Part shown: in pieces, positions 10,012 to 18,977 of the stretch
Layout: every line of letters starts with the position of its first letter
Position numbering within the stretch: position 1 is the stretch's first letter
Source of the DNA: Promethearchaeota archaeon Loki_b32
GTDB taxonomy: Archaea; Asgardarchaeota; Lokiarchaeia; Sigyniarchaeales; SOKP01
Direction of reading: 5' to 3'
Length of the DNA stretch: 64,000 nucleotides
Assembly (NCBI GenBank): GCA_005223125.1
Contig: NJBH01000005.1
Coordinates: 64,001 to 128,000 of the forward strand
Program-made: the position numbers and the translations under genes
The notes under the pieces: generated by a model
Told to the model about the DNA's origin: nothing
The model's input: the letters and a program-made list of their open reading frames with translations, nothing else
Database searches by the model: none

Positions 10012-10581
10012 TTATCCTATCCAATCTTTTCTATAAATAGCAAATTGATGCATATCAACATATTCTCCATCAACATATAGATGATCTTTAAAATGTGCTT
10101 CTTGTTTGAATCCTAATTTTTCGGCAGCTCGAAGTGATCTTTTGTTAGGAATGTAAACCCCCGCATAAATTTTATGGAAATTTAATTCTTTAAATCCATA
10201 ATTTATTAATAATTTTGCAGCTTCACCAACAATTCCCTTACCCCAATAATCTGGTTCTCCTATCGTCGCGGAAATAAAAGCATTACGATTTAGCCAATCG
10301 ATACTAAAAAAGCCAATACTGCCTATTGGGCATTTATCTTCTTTATGGTAAATTGTAAAGAATATATATTCCTTAAGACCTCGTCCCGGAGATGGTTCAA
10401 ACCATTTTTTTATCTGTTCGGGAGTGCTAGGCATTGTGTGTCTAGCATAATGGCGTACTTGTGGGTTATTATTCCATTTGCAATATAAAGGAATCCATTT
10501 AGAATTTTGAGCAACTAAATCTATCCTTTCTCCCTCAATAAAGGGAAAAACTTCAATTTTTTCTTGTTCTTCTTCTGGCAA
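10012..10581 (-). CDS. RimJ/RimL-type GNAT N-acetyltransferase (copy 1)
   Basis: IGEPDYWGKGI, FKELNFHKI, NKRSLRAAEKLGF and YVDGEY. Confidence 0.9.
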   Translation of the reverse strand: MPEEEQEKIEVFPFIEGERIDLVAQNSKWIPLYCKWNNNPQVRHYARHTMPSTPEQIKKWFEPSPGRGLKEYIFFTIYHKEDKCPIGSIGFFSIDWLNRNAFISATIGEPDYWGKGIVGEAAKLLINYGFKELNFHKIYAGVYIPNKRSLRAAEKLGFKQEAHFKDHLYVDGEYVDMHQFAIYRKDWIG

Positions 10582-10718
10582 CTTGATACATCTAGGGTTT
10601 TTATGTAAAATATTAGAATTGCTATGTTTATTTAATTAAAATACAAGATTAAATTTTACTTTTTGTTCATGGTCGAGTTAATAATATGGCAAGAATAATA
10701 AAGAGAATTTTATTGATC

Positions 10719-11288
10719 CTAGTCGATTTCTTTCTTTCTTTTCATCCAATCCTCCTTTAAAATCCCATAGGTTTTAACATTATAATATTTTCCATCAACA
10801 TACATCTCATCTTTTCGGATTCCATTAAACTTAAAACCTACTTTTTCTGCAACACTCCATGAGCCAATATTTTCAACAGCAGCTCCACCTTGCAATTTGT
10901 GAAGATTTAATTCGTTAAAAGCATATTCAACAAGCATTTCAGTAGTTTCAGTTGCGATATTTTGCCCCCAATATTCAGGTTCTCCAATAGAAAGAAAGGC
11001 ATTTGCCCATCCACTAACCCAATCTATCCATGCTAATCCACATGAACCAATTGGTTTATTATCTTTATTATGCCAAATCTCAAAAACTATAAAATTATGC
11101 ACTCTTCCTTTTCGAGGTTCAAACCATCTCTTAATATCTTCAAGTCTTATAGGCATCTCCCATCGAGCAAACACACGCACTTTTGGATTATTCATCCACT
11201 TCGCATACAAATCGATGTGCTCTGAATTTTGAACAGCCAAACAAATGGTCTCTCCCTCAATAAAAACTGGAACGTCTTTATCTTTCAT
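10719..11288 (-). CDS. RimJ/RimL-type GNAT N-acetyltransferase (copy 2)
   Basis: IGEPEYWGQNI, FNELNLHKL and NIGSWSVAEKVGF. Confidence 0.9.
   Translation of the reverse strand: MKDKDVPVFIEGETICLAVQNSEHIDLYAKWMNNPKVRVFARWEMPIRLEDIKRWFEPRKGRVHNFIVFEIWHNKDNKPIGSCGLAWIDWVSGWANAFLSIGEPEYWGQNIATETTEMLVEYAFNELNLHKLQGGAAVENIGSWSVAEKVGFKFNGIRKDEMYVDGKYYNVKTYGILKEDWMKRKKEID
10785..10838. repeat. 54-nt exact direct repeat, copy A (identical to 12010-12063)
   Basis: ATATTTTCCATCAACATACATCTCATCTTTTCGGATTCCATTAAACTTAAAACC is identical in both copies, with a mismatch immediately on each side. Confidence 0.9.
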
Positions 11289-11324
11289 TTAATTAATTAA
11301 AACCCCATTATATAGATTATTTTA

Positions 11325-11897
11325 CTAAATTTTTTTAGAATTGAGCCAATCTTTTTTAAATATTGCAAGCTTCACTTCATCAACATACTCTCCTTCAATA
11401 TATACCTGTTCTTTCAAGGTTGCTTCAAACTTTAAGCCAACCTTTTCCGCAGTCCTTAAAGATCTTTTATTTGGTGCATTTATACATGCATGAATCTTAT
11501 GGAAATTTAGTTCTTCAAATCCATAATCCACTAATAATTTGGCAGCTTCTGGTCCTATACCTTGCCCCCAATATTCAGGTTCTCCAATACTCGTAAAAAT
11601 ATTTGCATTTCGGTCTAACCAATTAATACTATCAAAGCCTGCTGTCCCAATAGGTTTTTTATCCTTTTTATGCCAGATTTCAAAAGTTACATCTCTTTTT
11701 CCACTTTCTTTCTGTTGCTCAAACCATTTTTTCACCTCTTCAAGATTCCACGGAAACATATTTCTAGCATATCGGCGTACTTCAGGATCATTACCCCACT
11801 TAGTATACAGATTCACATGTTCTAAGTTAATTGGACCCAAATCAATAATTTCTCCTTCAATGAAAGGCATGACTTTTTTTGTTTCCTTATCTTCCAA
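11325..11897 (-). CDS. RimJ/RimL-type GNAT N-acetyltransferase (copy 3)
   Basis: IGEPEYWGQGIG, FEELNFHKI and NKRSLRTAEKVG. Confidence 0.9.
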   Translation of the reverse strand: MEDKETKKVMPFIEGEIIDLGPINLEHVNLYTKWGNDPEVRRYARNMFPWNLEEVKKWFEQQKESGKRDVTFEIWHKKDKKPIGTAGFDSINWLDRNANIFTSIGEPEYWGQGIGPEAAKLLVDYGFEELNFHKIHACINAPNKRSLRTAEKVGLKFEATLKEQVYIEGEYVDEVKLAIFKKDWLNSKKI

Positions 11898-11946
11898 TTT
11901 TATCTATTCCACCTTTTTACATTAAAATTCCATAAATTAATAAAAT

Positions 11947-12549
11947 TCACATAGAGTTTTTTCTTTTTAGCCAATCTTCCTTTAATAAGCTATGTGTCTT
12001 GACATCTACATATTTTCCATCAACATACATCTCATCTTTTCGGATTCCATTAAACTTAAAACCCATTTTCTCAGCTACAGTCCAGGAACCAATATTCTCT
12101 ACAGCAGCTCCCCCCTGTAATTTATTTAGATTCAATTCATTAAATGCATATTCAATAAGCAATTCAGTAGCTTCAGTGGCTATATTTTTATTCCAATATT
12201 CAGGTTCTCCAATGAAAAGAAATGCATTTGCCCACCCATTAATCCAATCTATATGTCCTAATCCTAAATTTCCAATAGCTTTTTTATCTTTCTTATGCCA
12301 AATATCTAAAGATATATGATCCTTGAATTCTTCAACTTTAGATTCAAACCGTTGCTTTTGATCTTCAAGGGTTCTTGGTACCACATTTCTGGCATATTTT
12401 CTTACACGAGGATGATTTTTCCAACGAACATATTGTTTAAGCAATTTAGAATTTCGCACGCATAGATCAATATTCTTCCCTTTAATAAAAGGAAAAGGTT
12501 CAATTTCTTCAGTTTCTGGATTTTCTTCTGATTTTTCTTCTTGTCCCAT
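11947..12549 (-). CDS. RimJ/RimL-type GNAT N-acetyltransferase (copy 4)
   Basis: IGEPEYWNKNI, FNELNLNKL and NIGSWTVAEKMGF. Confidence 0.9.
   Translation of the reverse strand: MGQEEKSEENPETEEIEPFPFIKGKNIDLCVRNSKLLKQYVRWKNHPRVRKYARNVVPRTLEDQKQRFESKVEEFKDHISLDIWHKKDKKAIGNLGLGHIDWINGWANAFLFIGEPEYWNKNIATEATELLIEYAFNELNLNKLQGGAAVENIGSWTVAEKMGFKFNGIRKDEMYVDGKYVDVKTHSLLKEDWLKRKNSM
12010..12063. repeat. 54-nt exact direct repeat, copy B (identical to 10785-10838)
   Basis: Base-by-base comparison with copy A. Confidence 0.9.
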
Positions 12550-12581
12550 GAATCAAACCTCTTCTTCAGGATTTATAATCT

Positions 12582-13145
12582 TCATTGTAATTTCATCCAA
12601 TCTTCTTTAAAAATTGAATACTCTAAAGCATCAATGTGTTCACCATCAATGTAGACTTCTTGTTTAAGTGTTATTTCATGTGTAAGCCCGATTTTTTCTG
12701 CCACTCTTAAAGAAGCTTTATTTGGAGAAAACATTCTAGCGGTAATTTTATGTAAATTCAACTCTTTGAAACTATATTCTAAAACCAGTTTGCCTGCCTC
12801 AGTTCCGTTGTTTTGACCCCAATAATTCGGTTCGATAAGATAAAATATATGTGCATTACGAGTAAGCCATTGAATCCGAATAAGCCCAACAAATCCTATT
12901 GGTTTCTCATCCTTTTTATGCCATATTTCAAAAAAAATTTCATTTTTTACAGGTTCTTCTTTTGGTTCAAATAATTTTTTAACTTCTTCAATAGTTTGAG
13001 GCATATTGTATCTGGCGTATTTTCGTAATTGTGGATCATTCATCCATTTAGTATAAAGATGAATGTGATCCATATTTACTGGACAAAGTGAAACGTTTTC
13101 TCCTTCTATAAATGGAAAAACTTTATCTTCTTTAACTTCAGACAT
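12582..13145 (-). CDS. RimJ/RimL-type GNAT N-acetyltransferase (copy 5)
   Basis: EPNYWGQNNG, FKELNLHKI and NKASLRVAEKIG. Confidence 0.9.
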   Translation of the reverse strand: MSEVKEDKVFPFIEGENVSLCPVNMDHIHLYTKWMNDPQLRKYARYNMPQTIEEVKKLFEPKEEPVKNEIFFEIWHKKDEKPIGFVGLIRIQWLTRNAHIFYLIEPNYWGQNNGTEAGKLVLEYSFKELNLHKITARMFSPNKASLRVAEKIGLTHEITLKQEVYIDGEHIDALEYSIFKEDWMKLQ

Positions 13146-13261
13146 TTTTATGATAACGATATATTTGATTTTGTAATTAATTGTTGAAATACGCCGTCCA
13201 ATATTAAATTTAGCAAATTATGGGAATACTTGGAGCTAATACCAAAAGAATGTTAAATTTT

Positions 13262-14470
13262 TTAGAGATATTCACTTTTTACTCGAGTAAATAGGGTGAG
13301 TATCAATATTAGTATTCCTATTATAATAAATACAGCATAAAGATTCCACATTACAATAAGTCCTACAAATGGGTAAATAATTGCCATTATTAAACTACCA
13401 ATCATGTTAATCGTACTAAGAACTGTTGCTCTATCATCAGATTCGATTTGATTATTAATTCCATTCACATATATTAAAAATCGAGGATATCCAAATCCAA
13501 CAATTATTAAAATCAATATAGTGCCTAAAATTTGGTTCATAGTAAACCCTAGAAGAATAAATGCAATTCCATTTATTATATCAATTATTACTAGTAATAA
13601 GATTTTCTTTTTAACGTGTTTAAATAATTTTGGGTAAATATTCATAAAAGCAGCATTCATAATATTCATTAAAGATGTTATTATACCGATCCAAAAATAA
13701 GTGGTGTTAAATGATAGTAGAAAAGGTTGGTATGTCCAGAATAGAAAAAAAATTAATACACCGATAAAGACCCTATCAAAACATAAAATCCTTAGTACTT
13801 TATTTTTTTTCAATTCTTTAAATCCTTCTTTTAGAGTGGATACATAACTCTTTGAATACCTTTCATTTCGATATGGAGGTTCTTTTAGTGTAAATGTCAT
13901 TAGAAAAGCGGCAAAATATACTACCGCTAAACAGTTCATAGTAGATTGTAAAGAAAATACATCCGCTATTATTGCCCCGAGAGGAGCGGATAAAGTTAAG
14001 GCAACTAAATTCAGTGTTTGAACCCTTCCTAAAATTTTAGAGAGTTCTTTCTCCTCTCCATACACTTTTAATGTACTATACAAGAATGCTTCCTGTGTGC
14101 CAGAACTTAAAGCCAAACTAAATGCCCAGAATGTTTCTGCAATAAAAAACAAGAAAATGCTCGGATAAATGCTATAGAATGTTGCTGCCAACACCAAAGT
14201 AATACCTGCCAAAGAAAGTGCCTTTTTTCTTCCTAAATAATCTGCTATTGCACCTGAGGGTATTTCAAAAATAAAAATCATGAACATAAAATAACTTTGT
14301 AAGATCATTATTCCAAAAAAGGTAAGTCCGCCCCATACGGTGCTAAATGCGTAATAAACTGCTCTAACTGTATGAATCCCTAGAATAAAATATAAAATAT
14401 ACGATTTGTATATATTTAACTTATAGTTTTTAGGCTTTTCTTCTAAAACTAGGTTATTTGTTACTTCCAT
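13262..14470 (-). CDS. MFS transporter
   Basis: About 12 hydrophobic segments, motif A EIPSGAIADYLGRK, SSGTQEA and RATVLS. Confidence 0.9.
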   Translation of the reverse strand: MEVTNNLVLEEKPKNYKLNIYKSYILYFILGIHTVRAVYYAFSTVWGGLTFFGIMILQSYFMFMIFIFEIPSGAIADYLGRKKALSLAGITLVLAATFYSIYPSIFLFFIAETFWAFSLALSSGTQEAFLYSTLKVYGEEKELSKILGRVQTLNLVALTLSAPLGAIIADVFSLQSTMNCLAVVYFAAFLMTFTLKEPPYRNERYSKSYVSTLKEGFKELKKNKVLRILCFDRVFIGVLIFFLFWTYQPFLLSFNTTYFWIGIITSLMNIMNAAFMNIYPKLFKHVKKKILLLVIIDIINGIAFILLGFTMNQILGTILILIIVGFGYPRFLIYVNGINNQIESDDRATVLSTINMIGSLIMAIIYPFVGLIVMWNLYAVFIIIGILILILTLFTRVKSEYL

Positions 14471-14579
14471 ATCTATAATTTTAAGTGTTTATATTATTAA
14501 TAGAGTTCTAGTCCGAACTTTTTGTGAACTTTTAATAGAAATTAGAATAATTTTTATTAGAATTTTTAAGGTAATTTTA

Positions 14580-14741
14580 TTATTTAGAATTAATCTTATC
14601 TAATGAAAAATCTAGTGAAGGATTTTTCACTATTTTATATGGTATTTCTAAAGCTTTTAATACTAACTCAGCTGCATATAGTCTTCCTTTAATTTCTGAA
14701 GAGATTTCTATTGTTGGAGTCTCTTTATAACAGATTGTCAG
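14580..14741 (-). CDS. Possible 53-aa small protein (CTG start) or gene remnant
   Basis: Open frame (L)TICYKETPTIEISSEIKGRLYAAELVLKALEIPYKIVKNPSLDFSLDKINSK with an AAGTGA SD-like sequence upstream. There is no in-frame ATG; an internal GTG leaves only 15 codons. Confidence 0.3.
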   Translation of the reverse strand: MTICYKETPTIEISSEIKGRLYAAELVLKALEIPYKIVKNPSLDFSLDKINSK

Positions 14742-14890
14742 TACCTTATCACTTTTTTATATTTTTTTGTGGTAAAAATAAGATTATTCCTACTAAAAAA
14801 ATAAAAGAATTTATATTTATATTTTTCTTTTTGTAAACAGAAAATAGTTTGTGGTAAAAAAAACCTTTAAGGAAAAATTCTAATTTATTT

Positions 14891-15970
14891 TTAAAATAAT
14901 TTTTTAATGAATTCAGCGATTTTAATTATTGCCTCTTTTGCTTCTGGAAGGTCATGTAATCCAAACCCTTGAAAAACATGAATAGTATCTTTCCATTCTT
15001 GTAATGTAACGTCTACACCAGCAGCTTTAGCTTTCTCCGCAAAACGTGTTGAATGATCATATAACATTTCACTTGTACTTACTTGTAGTAGAATTGGAGG
15101 TAATCCTTTTAAATCTGCATTTAAGGGTGATATTAATGGATTCTCTGGATCTTCTCCTGCTAAAAAAGCTGTTAGCCACCAAAATACACCAATATCCGCT
15201 AAAATTGGGTCAGTCTTGGCGTTTTTATAGAAAGTTTCACTATTATCTGTATAATCAGTAGCGGGTGATAATGCTACAGCCCCAGCAGGTAATGGAATTC
15301 CATCATCTTGTAGTTTAATCATACTTGTTAGTGTTAAATTTCCTCCTGCAGAATCTCCAGCAATTACTATATTTTCTGCTTTAAATCCTTGTGTAAGAAG
15401 CCATCTGTAAACATTAACACAGTCTTCTAATTGAGCAGGGAAAGGATGCTCGGGTGCAAGGCGGTAATCAACGCTTAATACACGCATCTTCGTAAGCTGT
15501 GCAATTTCTATAGTTAACGCTCTATGTGTCTTTGGTGACATTAAAACCATACCACCACCATGTAAGTATAAAATCACCTTATCATCAACTGCCCCGGGTA
15601 CTATTTGCCATTCCGCAGGAACTCCTCCAGCGTCTATTTCTTTTATTTTCACATCTTCAGAAATTGGATATTTCTCTAATTCAGTTTTGATGTAGTAATC
15701 TACAGCAAACCGAAAAAATTTCGCAAGCATCCGCATTTCTTCATCAGTAAAGAATCCATATAGATCTTCTATAGTTCCTTCTTTATTAGATAACATTTGA
15801 AAAAATTTCTCGTTTGCTTCTGCTATTTTTTGCAAATAACCTTGCAGGTTAAACCCTTTATTTTCTTCAAATTTAAGATATTCTAATGCACCTTTTAATT
15901 GAAGCTTCTGAGTCTCATCTATTGATTTAAGAACCTCAGGACGAATTTTTGATCTATCTAATATAGTCAT
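14891..15970 (-). CDS. Alpha/beta hydrolase, HSL-family (GDSAG) esterase
   Basis: YLHGGG, DYRLAPEHPFPAQLED, GDSAGG and C-terminal HVFQ. Confidence 0.93.
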   Translation of the reverse strand: MTILDRSKIRPEVLKSIDETQKLQLKGALEYLKFEENKGFNLQGYLQKIAEANEKFFQMLSNKEGTIEDLYGFFTDEEMRMLAKFFRFAVDYYIKTELEKYPISEDVKIKEIDAGGVPAEWQIVPGAVDDKVILYLHGGGMVLMSPKTHRALTIEIAQLTKMRVLSVDYRLAPEHPFPAQLEDCVNVYRWLLTQGFKAENIVIAGDSAGGNLTLTSMIKLQDDGIPLPAGAVALSPATDYTDNSETFYKNAKTDPILADIGVFWWLTAFLAGEDPENPLISPLNADLKGLPPILLQVSTSEMLYDHSTRFAEKAKAAGVDVTLQEWKDTIHVFQGFGLHDLPEAKEAIIKIAEFIKKLF

Positions 15971-16110
15971 GTTATTATCCCCTAATAACTAAAATTAAAA
16001 TTATAATATCTTAATTATTCTTTCCTTTTGAGTTTTGCATTTAGAGAATTGAACTATTTAAAATAAAGTAAAAAAAAAAAGGGGTATTAAAATATATTAG
16101 ATAAGATAAA

Positions 16111-16323
16111 TTAGAGTATTTTCATTGCCAAGTCCATATCATTGAGAGTTAATTTCTTCCTTCCGGCGTGTCGTGTCATTTCAAGAGCTTTATTTGTCAT
16201 GACTTTAGCTAATTTTTCTAAATAATCAATTAAGGCATCAACAGCATCTCGAGCCACCATCTCAGCGCCATTGTCTTTCATTAACTTTCGTACAGGAGAC
16301 CAGGCAAAAACTTTTTTGGCCAT
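16111..16323 (-). CDS. Archaeal histone (70 aa)
   Basis: MAKKVFAWSPVRKLMKDNGAEMVARDAVDAL...HAGRKKLTLNDMDLA histone fold. ATG at 16323 is preceded by GGAGG, and a T-run terminator follows. Confidence 0.93.
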   Translation of the reverse strand: MAKKVFAWSPVRKLMKDNGAEMVARDAVDALIDYLEKLAKVMTNKALEMTRHAGRKKLTLNDMDLAMKIL

Positions 16324-16351
16324 TTTATTATTCCTCCACTTTTTAATTGTT

Positions 16352-16497
16352 TTGGTTAATTTGCTCGTTTTAAGAGGTTCATCAACCAATATTTTTTTTC
16401 TGAAGTTTTTAAAATTTAACTTTAAACTTCTTTAACTAATATACATTAGCCAAATATATAAAGATTACGGTAAATTTTCGGTAGAGTATGTTTCGGT
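16352..16497 (-). promoter_or_regulatory. Histone promoter (TATA 16455-16462, three ACCG(A/T)AA boxes) and structured 5' leader
   Basis: TTTATATA on the minus strand. Boxes at 16465-16471, 16476-16482 and 16491-16497. Leader hairpins at 16402-16430 and 16352-16389. Confidence 0.55.
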
Positions 16498-16667
16498 TAA
16501 TAAATTCATTAATAATTTCATTGCGATGTCTGAGAAGAACACCGTCAGATATGGATCTGAGCTTTTAGATCTAAGATTTTTTTTGATTTTAAATTTTTTA
16601 ATCGAAGAAGGTTAAATGGTTTAAATTTTATACCATTATTATAATTCAAATAGGTTTATTATTAATT

Positions 16668-17228
16668 TCAAAGTTCTTTACGCATTACATAATAATCTTT
16701 AAATTCTTTATATATAGAAAATCTTTCAGAGAGATATAATGAAATTGGCCCTCGATAACTATGGGCATCTGATAAGATTTCTCCTTTCCGGGGGTAAGCT
16801 TCAATTAGATCATAACCATTATTTTGAGACGAAGAACATGCAAATCTCAACATTTTTCTTGCGATACCTTGTTTTCTGTGTGAAGGGGCAACTACAAAAC
16901 AAATAAGGGAAGCAATTTTAGCTTTTGATTTTTTTTCATAAGGGATTTTTGCATAATTATCCTTAGAATTAACGTTACACCATCCAACTGGTTTTTCATC
17001 TAAATATGCAATCAAACCATTCATCTTTCCAGTAAGAATTAATTCCTTTGAAGCATTTCTATTCTCTTCAGCAGTTCTTTTAAAAAAATTTTTATTTTTT
17101 CCAGCAAAATGATAAAAATGACAATAGCAGGTAGCCCAATCAGGATTATCAGAAAAACCAACATTTTCAAAAAAGTAGAGAAAGTCTTCGAGAATATCGG
17201 GAGTTAAAGACTTAATCTTGATATCCAT
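16668..17228 (-). CDS. GNAT-family acetyltransferase (CYC-motif type)
   Basis: CYCHFYH, PVGWC, CFVVAPSHRKQGIARKML and IEAYP. Confidence 0.88.
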   Translation of the reverse strand: MDIKIKSLTPDILEDFLYFFENVGFSDNPDWATCYCHFYHFAGKNKNFFKRTAEENRNASKELILTGKMNGLIAYLDEKPVGWCNVNSKDNYAKIPYEKKSKAKIASLICFVVAPSHRKQGIARKMLRFACSSSQNNGYDLIEAYPRKGEILSDAHSYRGPISLYLSERFSIYKEFKDYYVMRKEL

Positions 17229-17267
17229 TATAGTATTCTCCTTACATAAAGAAATAAAAATTGAGGA

Positions 17268-18827
17268 TCAATATTTATCATCTATATGGGATAGCATCAC
17301 TTTCAATTGATCGAATATATCCAGCCTGAAATCAGTCCCAATTCTAAAGAATAAGAGATCAACTAATTTTTTGTCAAGGTGATCATCAACATTTAGTTGT
17401 TCAATTATCTCTGACCAATTACTACTCTCAGATACCCTGATTCCAATTAAAAGTACAGTATTTTCCTTTGCATTTTCAATCATTTTAATAATCATTTCTT
17501 TCCAGTTTGATACTACTTTCAGTTGGCCATGTGTATCGAAAATACAAAATATTCCGTCAGTACTGGAAATATCCTCAATAGCAGAATATTCATGTTGTTT
17601 GACAATCATCCCATTTGTATACTGATAGACTTGTTCATCGTCATAATCTCTAATCATTGATTTCTCTCCTAACTTCCTCATATTAGTTATGATCTGTAAT
17701 CCAGGACTCCATTGTGAACTTTCTGTTATAAAAGATAATGTGAAAACTATCTTTTTTTCTAAGATAGATTTAATAAGTTCTAATAAAACGTCACTACGTC
17801 TTTTGTCTTCAATTTCCTTACTCCTCATGACATAATGATATGAAATTAGATTAAATGCATCCTCTACATTGCTCCCATTTAACGCACTAGTCTCAATATA
17901 ACTTAATTTAATTTTCTCGCGTTCTGATAACATGTTAGCTAATTTAGCACCTTCCTGATAAAAAACTCTTCTCTCTTCAACTAAATCAGTTTTATTCCCG
18001 ACGATTATAATTGGAATATCTTCTCCGGGTGTAAAAAGTTTTAATTCCTCATACCAATTGGTAATATTATCGAATGATTCACGTTTAGTTAAATCAAATA
18101 CAATAAATCCCGCTTGGGTTCCTGAATAATAGACTTTTCTAAATCTTTTAAAATATTTTTGAGCTCCCAAGTCGTATAAAGTGACGCCAATCTGGTTTCC
18201 AAAAAACTCAAATTCATGAGATAAGATATTGATTCCAATTGTTGCTCTATAGTCAGTATTGTATCTTTTTTCTACGAATCGTCGAATTATTGAAGTCTTT
18301 CCAACTTCATGATCTCCCAAAATAACGAATTTAAATCTGTATTCACCTTTAATACCCATAGGCATCTGATACAACTGATTTTTTAATCGTTCGACGTTCC
18401 CTGCTTCATATTCAAAGTTTGGAATTGATACTTGAATTAAAGCATCTTCATCAGCAGTGAGAATTTGAGCTGTCTTTTCTGTTAAAAAAAAACCATAAGG
18501 CGTAATTTTTTCAATTGAAGCCATGCTTTCTAAAACCAAACTCAGGATTCGTTCCTCATCAACAGAGATGAATAAAAGGCGATGATCCTCTGTATCAAAA
18601 CTCGCATTCCCAAATTTCTGAAAGTCAAATTCACTTCGCATTCTTTCTAAGATTGGATTGATAATTGATGTCAAAACTGAAACGAGTTCTATATCAATAT
18701 CTTTCCTTTTCTCTCCCGCAATGACTAATCCTTCAGAATCAGAAACAATTACTGATTCTACTTCTTGGTTAGCCTCTAAAAACTTGTTGAAAAGTTCTCT
18801 AAAGAGTTTATTTTTTTGGATAGGCAA
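17268..18827 (-). CDS. Roadblock-domain / Rab-like GTPase / degenerate GTPase-like domain fusion (paralog 1)
   Basis: N-terminal VESVIVSDSEGLVIA roadblock pattern. G1 GDHEVGKTS, G2 ATIG, G3 DLGAQ, G4 NKTD and G5 ETSAL. The start is probably TTG 18827 after GGAGTGA; the track gives 18836. Confidence 0.88.
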   Translation of the reverse strand: MPIQKNKLFRELFNKFLEANQEVESVIVSDSEGLVIAGEKRKDIDIELVSVLTSIINPILERMRSEFDFQKFGNASFDTEDHRLLFISVDEERILSLVLESMASIEKITPYGFFLTEKTAQILTADEDALIQVSIPNFEYEAGNVERLKNQLYQMPMGIKGEYRFKFVILGDHEVGKTSIIRRFVEKRYNTDYRATIGINILSHEFEFFGNQIGVTLYDLGAQKYFKRFRKVYYSGTQAGFIVFDLTKRESFDNITNWYEELKLFTPGEDIPIIIVGNKTDLVEERRVFYQEGAKLANMLSEREKIKLSYIETSALNGSNVEDAFNLISYHYVMRSKEIEDKRRSDVLLELIKSILEKKIVFTLSFITESSQWSPGLQIITNMRKLGEKSMIRDYDDEQVYQYTNGMIVKQHEYSAIEDISSTDGIFCIFDTHGQLKVVSNWKEMIIKMIENAKENTVLLIGIRVSESSNWSEIIEQLNVDDHLDKKLVDLLFFRIGTDFRLDIFDQLKVMLSHIDDKY

Positions 18828-18977
18828 ATATTTCACTCCACGTAATAATAATTATAATTTGATCTATTTCTTATCAAATATCTTATTTATTTTTGAGATT
18901 TTTATTATTATTGATTATTAACTATAAATGATAATCTTTTGACCAATTGTTTTCATGATTTGTAATAGTAGAAGATC

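Noticed and set aside
10785-12063. Diversity-generating retroelement TR/VR pair
   Set aside because: The copies are fully identical with no adenine-specific mismatches, both are coding, and no reverse transcriptase is in the window.
16324-16389. Apparent Lys-rich N-terminal histone tail in the 92-aa track ORF
   Set aside because: A GGAGG SD sits directly before ATG 16323, and the extension coincides with leader hairpins. The 70-aa tail-less protein is more plausible.
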